Shown in pieces: positions 1 through 6,580 of a stretch of 13,230 bases of DNA. Position numbers and translations under genes: made by a program. Below the pieces are notes generated by a model. The model was not told where the DNA came from. It ran no database searches and saw only the letters and a list, made by a program, of their open reading frames with translations. Source of the DNA: a virus. Taxonomy: Duplodnaviria; Heunggongvirae; Uroviricota; Caudoviricetes. Numbering within the stretch: position 1 is the stretch's first letter; each line of letters begins with the position of its first letter. Location: the IMG/VR virus record IMGVR_UViG_3300050026_000282, positions 1-13,230 of that record; one strand, given 5' to 3'.

Positions 1-241
1 TGGGCCTCTTTCATCTCTTGTCATTCATTTGTCCCTGCCGATGCCTAGAAAACGCACGTCCGAACTGTCAGTTCGCCTCCAATTTCACCCATAAATTCCT
101 TCGACGATCCTTAAAATTCATCTAGGTTGTCCTAAATTCTACTGTGACGCCATAAACACACCACACAAACACGCGTGAGCAATTGAATCGCTCGCCCTCC
201 TTCTCCGTTGCGATGCCTCAAAACATCCGGTTGCACGCGCC

Positions 242-1588
242 TTATGGATTCGTTCTCTCTGCTACTTGTGGGAGCGGCCCAATCAGCTGCGGATGGTTGT
301 TTATGGTCAGCACGTTGGCGTCGATCTCTCGTTGCTTCCCGCGTAAGTCGGTAACGCGGATCCGCCCGGTCAGAAAGTCGGGCTTGCCCGTGTTGGGCTC
401 TTCCGACCATACGATGTAGACGGCCTTTCCGTCCGCAAGCTTCGCGCGGTAGCGGCCGGGACCGAGGAACTGCACGCCTCGGTTTTGCCCAATCATGCGG
501 ACCAAGGTCTGATAGGCGAAAAATGACGGTTTGCGGACGGCTAGCTGGCCCCACGGCGCCTTCGCCAGCACTCCCCAAGCCTGCGGCGTCTGAGCGTCGC
601 CGTAGTCCCAGAGCGTGAACAGATACACACGGCTGAGTCCCGTGGAGGCCGCATGAACAACCACCTTGATCGCCTGATCGGCTTGAACCGTTGGATCGGT
701 GTTGCTCGATCCGGTCTCCATTAGCCATGTCTCGGCGTTAACGGCGTGTTTAGAGAGGCTCCAGCGAGCGGTGGCTTCCGCCACATTCGTAATGTAGGGG
801 TTATTGATGAAATCGTATGGATACGAGTGATAGGCAAGAATGTCGAAATAGGGGTAACTCGGCCCTAGCAGATTCTTCGATGCCAGCAATTCCTCGACGC
901 GCCAAGTGCCCGTGTCAGAGCGATCCGGACGCCACGTGGAAAAGCCCATCGGCATCACCTTAGCGCCAGGATCAAGTGCCTTCACCTCCTCGTGGAGGAT
1001 TTTGAGCCAGATTGCATACTCATTAAGCGACACCGGGGAGGCGTCCAACTCGTTGTTGAGAAGCCAGTGGCGGACGGGCACTTTCAGCCGTGGCGACTCC
1101 GGCCGCTGGCCGCAATAACGCGTCACTATCGCGCGCACGAAACGGCGGAAGTCGCCTTCGAACTCCCGCTTCGGCAGTTCATACCTGACCGGCGTCAGCG
1201 GCTCGGTCAGCGGCACTGCCTTGGCGCCGGTGGCCCACGTCGGATAGGGATAGACCAACGCGACGATCTCGATGCCGCGATCCGATGCCTTTTGAACGAG
1301 GTCGTCGAATGGCTCAAAACGATAGCCTTTGCCCCGCTCGGGTTCGATATCCGCCCAGTTGGCGAACCCGTCGCGGATGGTGGTTACGCCCAGGTCGCGC
1401 ACTGCGTTAAGGTAATTGGTCCGGTCCTCGGACGTCGGTCTGATGATGCCGGGACACTCGCACTGAGTGATGAATCCCAGATGACAATTGATTCCGAAGC
1501 GAACGCTTCCCGGCCCGTCGGCCAAAGCGGCCCGAGCCGGCGCAACAAGCAACGCAACGAGAAGCAGCCTTTTCTGAAACGCGATCAT
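242..1588 (-). CDS. Secreted glycoside hydrolase, clan GH-A (beta/alpha)8 barrel (GH39/GH5-like), 448 aa
   Basis: N-terminal Sec-type signal peptide (KR + LLLVALLVA + ALA-DG). Has IRDGFANWADIEPERGKGYRF (typical W..IEP..G.Y.F), an acid/base motif HWLLNNELD (NEP-like) and a nucleophile motif TWLMETG. Family and substrate cannot be fixed without an HMM search. Confidence 0.75.
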   Translation of the reverse strand: MIAFQKRLLLVALLVAPARAALADGPGSVRFGINCHLGFITQCECPGIIRPTSEDRTNYLNAVRDLGVTTIRDGFANWADIEPERGKGYRFEPFDDLVQKASDRGIEIVALVYPYPTWATGAKAVPLTEPLTPVRYELPKREFEGDFRRFVRAIVTRYCGQRPESPRLKVPVRHWLLNNELDASPVSLNEYAIWLKILHEEVKALDPGAKVMPMGFSTWRPDRSDTGTWRVEELLASKNLLGPSYPYFDILAYHSYPYDFINNPYITNVAEATARWSLSKHAVNAETWLMETGSSNTDPTVQADQAIKVVVHAASTGLSRVYLFTLWDYGDAQTPQAWGVLAKAPWGQLAVRKPSFFAYQTLVRMIGQNRGVQFLGPGRYRAKLADGKAVYIVWSEEPNTGKPDFLTGRIRVTDLRGKQREIDANVLTINNHPQLIGPLPQVAERTNP

Positions 1589-1632
1589 TGGATTGCCTTA
1601 CCCGATATTTGCCATTTGACATTTGCCTGGAC

Positions 1633-1756
1633 GGAACCGTTCACGGGTGGTGGTCATTCTGAGCGCAGCGAAGAATCTCGCGTGAGATCACGGTTTCCGA
1701 CAAGATTCTTCGCTGCGCTCAGAATGACGGTGTTTCGCCGCCCCGTGAACGGTTAC
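1633..1756. mobile_element. 124-bp MITE-like element with 15-bp terminal inverted repeats and a 9-bp target-site duplication
   Basis: Ends read GGAACCGTTCACGGG (1633-1647) and, reverse-complemented, GTAACCGTTCACGGG (1742-1756), 14/15 identical. Flanked exactly by the direct repeat TGCCTGGAC at 1624-1632 and 1757-1765. Confidence 0.75.
1653..1728. repeat. REP-like perfect 26-bp inverted repeat nested in the MITE
   Basis: GTCATTCTGAGCGCAGCGAAGAATCT (1653-1678) and its exact reverse complement (1703-1728), with a 24-nt spacer. Resembles the widespread GTCATTC(T/C)GAGCG..GCGA.GAATCT REP-type palindromes. Confidence 0.85.
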
Positions 1757-1855
1757 TGCCTGGACACACTCCCGGCAGTGAATGCCCCCATCGTAGCTGC
1801 GAGGTATGCGAATCGCCAGATACCGCGCCGATTTTCCTACGCAGATTCTATTGCC

Positions 1856-2032
1856 AAAGTGATAGGAAAAAGTGATAGGAAATTTGATTTGGCTACAATA
1901 AGACCGATTCTACCATGAGGATCCAGCAAGTTAAGCCTTTGGGCGCTGGAAACCAGCCGATCATACCGCGAACTGGGGACAAATCCCGGGACCTGCGCGC
2001 ATCGCCCTCGTTCCGACATGGGTCAGGGCAGA
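1856..2032 (-). mobile_element. Probable oriIS end of an IS91-family element, with a duplicated terminal motif
   Basis: Downstream of the IS91-like transposase stop the minus strand ends ...AAATCAAATTTCCTATCAC-TTTTCCTATCAC. TTCCTAT resembles the oriIS terminal motif of IS91/IS1294/ISCR elements. The 13-mer AAAGTGATAGGAA is tandemly repeated at 1856-1868 and 1869-1881. Confidence 0.5.
1907..1934 (-). promoter_or_regulatory. Candidate outward-facing sigma70 promoter in the IS91 remnant
   Basis: Minus strand has TTAACT (1934-1929), a 16-nt spacer ending in TGG, then TAGAAT (1912-1907), i.e. an extended -10 pointing toward the GH gene. Confidence 0.35.
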
Positions 2033-2374
2033 TCAGAAGGTGGCCTCGAATATGTCGATGTCCAGGCAGGTCAGTTCCCCGGGCTCGTCGGAAGCCGCCG
2101 TCTGGCGGCCCGCATCTTCTTCCGGGTCGTGGACCCAAACGTCCCCGGCGGGCGGCGCACGCGGCGCCGAAGGTTGCCAGAGGCCGCAGCGACGCAGAAT
2201 CTTCTCGATCAACGCGCCCTGCGGCGGATCGATGAAGGCGATCACCTTCATCTGGCCGCCGCACTGGGGACAAGCCAAGGGGTCGATCTCGTACACCCGC
2301 TTGATGAGCATGGCCCAGGTCTGGCTACAACGGGCGGGGATTGAAACCGGCGATGGCACGTTGCCGTCTGCCAA
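2033..2374 (-). pseudogene. tnp: IS91-family (Y2/HUH) transposase, C-terminal fragment only
   Basis: WAMLIKRVYEIDPLACPQCGGQMKVIAFI...IEKILRRCGLW...PRAPP is the characteristic C-terminal Zn-ribbon tail of IS91-family transposases. No HUH catalytic domain is present, and the frame is cut at the 2378-2424 palindrome. Confidence 0.85.
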
Positions 2375-2377
2375 ACG

Positions 2378-2424
2378 AGAAAAGGGGTCAGAACGATTTG
2401 TTAAATCGTTCTGACCCCTTTTCT
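2378..2424. repeat. Perfect 22-bp palindrome (REP-like)
   Basis: AGAAAAGGGGTCAGAACGATTT (2378-2399), loop GTT, AAATCGTTCTGACCCCTTTTCT (2403-2424). AAAAGGGGTCAG...CTGACCCCTTTT palindromes are recalled as common in planctomycete genomes. Confidence 0.9.
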
Positions 2425-2700
2425 ACCCGCATCCCAGAGCACGAAGCTCTGAATCGTCTCGATCATGATTCCCCACTCGTCCATGTCTGGACAGTCGGCG
2501 TTCGGTAATTGTTCGTCCGTGCCTGGCCGCACCTGCGGCTTGTCCGTCTCCTCCACCGCGGCGCGCAGAAGCCGACGCCAGTGGGTCATGTCGAGTCCTT
2601 CATCTTGCATCAGCCGGATCTGCCTTCTCAGGCGGAGATTTTGCGGGCACGGGCCCGCTCGTCGATTCCCGCGCTTCTGGCGGCCGTAGCGGCGATCCAT
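2401..2700 (-). pseudogene. Fragment of a hypothetical island-type protein, truncated by the palindrome
   Basis: The segment HWRRLLRAAVEE...LPNADCPDMDEWGIMIETIQSFVLWD looks like genuine protein. The stop codon (TAA 2403-2401) is supplied by the palindrome and the N-terminal part is of doubtful coding quality. Confidence 0.4.
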
Positions 2701-2764
2701 GATCGACGGGTGGGTCGCAGCGACCGGGTGAGCGACCTGCGAACCCTGGCCCGCTGGTTTGCCG

Positions 2765-4193
2765 GATAACGTCTAGATTGTTGCGCACATTGAAGGGCAG
2801 CCCTTGAACTGGTAAGAGTGATTTTGGTCGAATTCACAAACACCAGTAACAAGGGACTGCCATGACGATTGTAAGCGATTTGAACGATGGCGTGAAGTTC
2901 TCGGAAGTTATCAGGATTGACGAGGGGAAGGTGCGTCAGCACGTCGAGGAGGTGGTAAGAAGTTCAGTCGAGGAGACCCTTAACGGTCTGCTGGAGGCCG
3001 AGGCGGACGAACGGTGCGGGGCCAAGCGATACGAGCGAAACCCTGAGCGGCTGGACACTCGATCGGGGCACTACGATCGGAAACTGGCAACGAAGGCCGG
3101 AGAGGTGATGTTGAAGGTGCCCCGACTGCGGAGCCTGCCCTTTGAGACACAGATCATCGAGCGTTACAAGCGACGGGAGGCGTCGGTCGAAGAGGCGATG
3201 ATCGAGATGTATTTGGCGGGCGTGTCGGTGCGTCGGGTGGAGGACATCACCGAGGCGTTGTGGGGGACGCGGGTCAGCCCCAGCACAGTGAGCGAGCTGA
3301 ACCAAAAGATTTACACCCACATCGACGCCTGGCGGAACCGGGCCATCGAGGGCGAGCACCCTTACGTGTTCCTCGATGGGATTTGGCTGAAGCGGGCATG
3401 GGGCGGCGAGGTGGAGAACGTAGCGGTGCTGGTGGCGATCGGCGTGGGAAGTGATGGCTACCGAGAGATACTGGGCGTGTGCGAAGGGACGAAGGAGGAC
3501 AAGGAGAGCTGGCGGAACTTCCTTCGGCATTTGAAGGAGCGTGGGCTGCGGGGCGTACGCTTGATCGTCTCCGATAAGTGCTTAGGCTTGGTCGAGGCCT
3601 TGGGCGAGTTTTACCCTGAGGCGAAGTGGCAGCGGTGCATGGTCCACTGGTACCGCAACGTGTTTACGGAGGTGCCCAAGGCGAAGGTGAAGGCGGTGGC
3701 GGCGATGCTCAAGGCGATCCATGCCCAGGAAGACCGCCAGGCGGCCCGCCGCAAGGCCGAGGACGTGGTGGAGAAGTTGGAGGCCATGCGGCTGTCGAAG
3801 GCGGCCAAGATGGTGCGGGAGGGCGTGGAAGAGACCCTGAACTACATGGCATTCCCGACGGAGCACTGGCGTCAGATCCGCACGAACAATCCCTTGGAGC
3901 GGATCATGCGGGAGATCCGTCGGCGGACACGAGTTGTTGGGGCCTTCCCTGACGGACGCTCGGCGTTGATGTTGGTGGCGGCCAGGCTGCGGCACATTGC
4001 CGGCACACGATGGGGCACGAAGCGTTACCTCGATATGGAACGGCTTAGGGAACAGGAGAAAGAGAACCCGGTCGCAGTGACCGAAGGAGTTGCGTAAACT
4101 TTGCCGTTTCTCCCCTAGGGGAGAAGGCAGGAAGAACCACCAGTTCCAAGGTCTACCCTAAAATCCAATGTGCGCACCTTGACAGACGCTACC
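2765..4193 (+). mobile_element. IS256-family insertion sequence, 1429 bp
   Basis: IRL GATAACGTCTAGATTGTTGCGCACATTG (2765-2792) and IRR reverse complement GGTAGCGTCTGTCAAGGTGCGCACATTG (4166-4193) are imperfect 28-bp inverted repeats around the transposase. No flanking direct repeat was found. Confidence 0.85.
2862..4097 (+). CDS. tnp: IS256-family (mutator-type) DDE transposase, 411 aa
   Basis: Motifs RSGHYDRKLATKAGEVMLKVPRLR, EMYLAGVSVRRVEDITEAL, YVFLDG, LIVSD, WQRCMVHWYRN and IRTNNPLERIMREIRRRTRVVGAFP. Confidence 0.97.
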   Translation: MTIVSDLNDGVKFSEVIRIDEGKVRQHVEEVVRSSVEETLNGLLEAEADERCGAKRYERNPERLDTRSGHYDRKLATKAGEVMLKVPRLRSLPFETQIIERYKRREASVEEAMIEMYLAGVSVRRVEDITEALWGTRVSPSTVSELNQKIYTHIDAWRNRAIEGEHPYVFLDGIWLKRAWGGEVENVAVLVAIGVGSDGYREILGVCEGTKEDKESWRNFLRHLKERGLRGVRLIVSDKCLGLVEALGEFYPEAKWQRCMVHWYRNVFTEVPKAKVKAVAAMLKAIHAQEDRQAARRKAEDVVEKLEAMRLSKAAKMVREGVEETLNYMAFPTEHWRQIRTNNPLERIMREIRRRTRVVGAFPDGRSALMLVAARLRHIAGTRWGTKRYLDMERLREQEKENPVAVTEGVA

Positions 4194-4303
4194 GGCAGTC
4201 CCCGTCAGAGATCGGTTCGTTTCTTTTTTGCTTCCACGACCAGCGTTGGACTCGATGGGAAGACGGGTGACTGGGAATCCGCTTCCATGCATCCGCCGGA
4301 CTT

Positions 4304-4342
4304 TTTGTACCCGCCGCAAAAGACTCGGCGATTTGTACCCGC
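4304..4342 (+). repeat. 11-bp direct repeat TTTGTACCCGC x2; probable arm-type sites of an older island
   Basis: Copies at 4304-4314 and 4332-4342, in the position relative to the tRNA fragment that the CATAGCAC repeats occupy at the other att end. Confidence 0.6.
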
Positions 4343-4350
4343 AAGAAACT

Positions 4351-4388
4351 AAAAAAACCTTACGCAACTCATTGCTACGTAAGGCTTT
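4351..4388 (-). terminator. Intrinsic terminator downstream of the displaced tRNA 3' fragment
   Basis: Minus strand CCTTACGTAGC-AATGA-GTTGCGTAAGG-TTTTTTT: 11-bp stem including two G.U pairs, followed by a U7 tract. Confidence 0.75.
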
Positions 4389-4392
4389 AATT

Positions 4393-4440
4393 AGTGGGCG
4401 CACGCAGACTCGAACTGCAGACCTCGTCCTTATCAGGGAC
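4393..4440 (-). repeat. att site: displaced 3' half of tRNA-Ile (anticodon arm to acceptor stem)
   Basis: 48-bp direct repeat of 10725-10772 with 44/48 identity (mismatches at 4405, 4409, 4417, 4419). The exact 21-bp core 4420-4440 = 10752-10772 spans the anticodon loop. Confidence 0.95.
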
Positions 4441-4447
4441 AGGGAAG

Positions 4448-4590
4448 GGGGTTTGACGGGGTTTGACCACGTCCTCTTTTTTGTTGATACGTGTTGTTTT
4501 CCCCGTGGCATCCCGATAGAATGCCATAGCACGGGGTTTGATGGGATTACCCCGGTTTTCCCCCAGCACATAGCACCGGCATAGCACCGG
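4448..4590 (+). promoter_or_regulatory. att arm region: GGGGTTTGA repeats and CATAGCAC arm-type sites
   Basis: GGGGTTTGAC tandem at 4448-4457 and 4458-4467, GGGGTTTGAT at 4533-4542. CATAGCAC at 4525-4532, 4569-4576 and 4580-4587 (11-bp period). Confidence 0.65.
4494..4522 (+). promoter_or_regulatory. Candidate integrase promoter
   Basis: TTGTTT (4494-4499), 17 nt, TAGAAT (4517-4522). SD AGGAG precedes the ATG at 4655. Confidence 0.45.
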
Positions 4591-4654
4591 CAAAAGGGAC
4601 GGGGTTCTAAAAGGCCACCACAACCACCAGGAACACGATAGGAGCGATCCCGCC

Positions 4655-5836
4655 ATGACCATGACTAATCGGTTCACGTTCACTAAGACGAAGTTGGAAG
4701 CACTCACCGCCCCCCAGGACGGCCGCCAGTATTGGTACGATTCGAAACAGGACGGGCTAACCGTCTGCATCACGCGAGCCAACACTCGGACGTTTTACGT
4801 CTACCGCTGGGCCAACGGCCGCCCAGTGCGGATTTTGATTGGGCGTTTCCCCCAAACCTCAGTAGAGGCCGCGCGGAAGGCCGCCCAGTCGCTCATCGGC
4901 GAGATGGCCAAGGGCAATGACCCCCAGGCCGCTCGACAGGCCCGCCGGCATGAGCAAACCGTAGAGGGCCTGTTCGCCTACTGGCTCGAATGTGCCAAGG
5001 CTAGAAAGGCTAAGACCTGGACGGAGGATGAGCACCGCTATCGTCGGTTCCTAAAGCCATGGGCATCAAGGAAACTATCGTCAATCAAAAAGACCGACGT
5101 TCAGGCCCTATTCGCCCGAGTGGCTAAGGACAATGGCCCATGTGCTGCGAACAGGCTGCTGGCGTTAATCAAGGCGATGTTCCACCAGTCGCCCAATATG
5201 GGGTTCGTTGGTGCCGATCCCACCGCCGGCGTGAAGAAGTTTAAGGAGACGAAGAGAGATCGTTTCATTCACGCCGATGAGATGCAGGCTTTCTTCCGTG
5301 CCCTGTTTGCCGAACCCAACGGTACGCTCCGTGACATCCTCTTGGTTGCCTTGCTGAGCGGAGCACGTAAATCCAACGTGATGGCCATGCGGTGGGACGA
5401 AATAGACTTCCACACCACCCTATGGCGAATCGGCGAAACCAAGACCGGTAAGCCGGTTGTGGTGCCGTTGGTTTCGCCTCTTGTGCGCCTACTGCAATCC
5501 CGCCGTGAATGCGCCAACGGTGGGTGGGTGTTTCCAGGACGTGGCAGAACTGGCCATATCACCGAGGTTAAGAGCGCGTGGAAGCGGATCGTCCAGGCGG
5601 CAAAGCTAACGGACTGCCGGCCGCATGATTTACGCAGAACTATTGCATCCTGGATGGCAATCGCGGGAAATGGGCTGCCACTTATCGGTGCTCTACTCGG
5701 CCATTCGCAGCCGGGCTCGACGGCGATTTACGCGAGGCTGAGCACCGGTCCCGTCCGCATTGCCGCCGAATCGGCAAGCAGTGCGATCCTTGAAGCTGGC
5801 GGCGTGAAGCTACTCGGCCACAATCCAGAGAAGTGA
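4655..5836 (+). CDS. int: Tyrosine recombinase/integrase with N-terminal arm-binding domain (P4-like), 393 aa
   Basis: N-terminal WYDSKQDGLTVCITRANTRTFYVYRWANGRPVRILIGRFP (Arm-DNA-bind_3-like). Catalytic motifs SGARKSN, ETKTG, HDLRRT, LLGH and TAIYA. Confidence 0.96.
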   Translation: MTMTNRFTFTKTKLEALTAPQDGRQYWYDSKQDGLTVCITRANTRTFYVYRWANGRPVRILIGRFPQTSVEAARKAAQSLIGEMAKGNDPQAARQARRHEQTVEGLFAYWLECAKARKAKTWTEDEHRYRRFLKPWASRKLSSIKKTDVQALFARVAKDNGPCAANRLLALIKAMFHQSPNMGFVGADPTAGVKKFKETKRDRFIHADEMQAFFRALFAEPNGTLRDILLVALLSGARKSNVMAMRWDEIDFHTTLWRIGETKTGKPVVVPLVSPLVRLLQSRRECANGGWVFPGRGRTGHITEVKSAWKRIVQAAKLTDCRPHDLRRTIASWMAIAGNGLPLIGALLGHSQPGSTAIYARLSTGPVRIAAESASSAILEAGGVKLLGHNPEK

Positions 5837-6285
5837 ACATGGCAACGGAAGAAGACAAAGAAACTGTCCGCCGCATTGCTGGCATAGCCGAGTTCGGGAA
5901 AGACCTCCCGAGTGACAGTCTCAGCAGTAGCGCATGCGGAGAAGCCGCGAAGGTGTCAAAGGCCGTTCAGGCCGGCGACATCGACGCCGCAGTGCGATGG
6001 GCATTTGAGTGCGGCTACAAACTCGGCAAGTGCTGTGAGTTGGTACACAGGCCCGCCCTAGAAGCGCTCGACAAACGATTGCAGAACGAAAAGAAGAAGG
6101 TCAAGGCGATGGTGGATATTACCAGCACGCCGGCCGAATTGCGGGAGAAAGCGCTCGCGGAATACGACAGACTGCAACGAGAAGGCTATGGAAAGACCTA
6201 CTCGAAAGAGCAGGTCGCAAACAAATACACCATCGGCGTAAGATCGTTAGAGCGTTTTCTGGGGCAGCGATCCGCCAAACTATAA
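5833..6285 (+). CDS. Hypothetical protein with a C-terminal HTH-like motif, 150 aa (ATG alternative at 5839)
   Basis: GTGA overlap with the int stop. The C-terminus SKEQVANKYTIGVRSLERFL has helix-turn-helix spacing. Confidence 0.7.
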   Translation: MNMATEEDKETVRRIAGIAEFGKDLPSDSLSSSACGEAAKVSKAVQAGDIDAAVRWAFECGYKLGKCCELVHRPALEALDKRLQNEKKKVKAMVDITSTPAELREKALAEYDRLQREGYGKTYSKEQVANKYTIGVRSLERFLGQRSAKL

Positions 6286-6357
6286 GTCTGGCGAATCGCC
6301 TACGGAGGTTGACGGTAAGATACTTGTGTTGACTCTAACCTTCACGACCAACACAAG
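6267..6357. promoter_or_regulatory. Two inverted repeats between the HTH gene and xis/alpA
   Basis: GCGATCCGCCAAA / TCTGGCGAATCGC (6267-6279 / 6287-6299, 11/13) around the stop codon. CTTGTGTTG / CAACACAAG (6323-6331 / 6349-6357, perfect) abuts the SD AAGGA. Confidence 0.5.
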
Positions 6358-6366
6358 GATTTACCG

Positions 6367-6576
6367 ATGGCTACCGCAATTCTTCCCGCCTCCAATCTTT
6401 TGACTCGGCAGCAAGCGGCCGAGTTCCTACGCGTCAAAACTCAGACACTCGCGGCCTGGAAAACGAATCAGCGATACCACCTTCCCGTGGTCAAAGTTGG
6501 TTCGCTCGTCCGCTACAAATTGGCGGACCTGGAAAAGTTTCTGACGGAGCGAACGGTGGGCACCGCCGCTGAATAG
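6367..6576 (+). CDS. AlpA/excisionase-like HTH_17 DNA-binding protein, 69 aa
   Basis: LLTRQQAAEFLRVKTQTLAAW...LPVVKVGSLVRYKLADLEKFL is a classic Xis/AlpA wHTH pattern. SD AAGGA is present. Confidence 0.92.
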   Translation: MATAILPASNLLTRQQAAEFLRVKTQTLAAWKTNQRYHLPVVKVGSLVRYKLADLEKFLTERTVGTAAE

Positions 6577-6580
6577 GATC

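Noticed and set aside
1-24. Possible minus-strand gene start (ATG at 24, MTRDERGP...)
   Set aside because: Only 8 codons lie inside the window, so it cannot be supported.
1856-1882. AGTGATAG resembles a tetO half-site
   Set aside because: The copies are direct, not palindromic, there is no tetR/tetA nearby, and the IS91 oriIS explains the motif better.
132-1918. ORFs 132-728, 183-419, 906-1118, 992-1918, 1407-1622
   Set aside because: Shadow or antisense frames of the GH gene in GC-rich DNA, with no motifs. 992-1918 also reads through the MITE.
2964-3995. Several ORFs overlapping the IS256 transposase
   Set aside because: Alternative-frame shadows of a clearly identified transposase.
4158-4785. 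ORFs 4158-4571, 4228-4584, 4387-4785 across the att site
   Set aside because: They span the IS end, terminator, tRNA fragment and arm repeats, which are non-coding structures of different origin.
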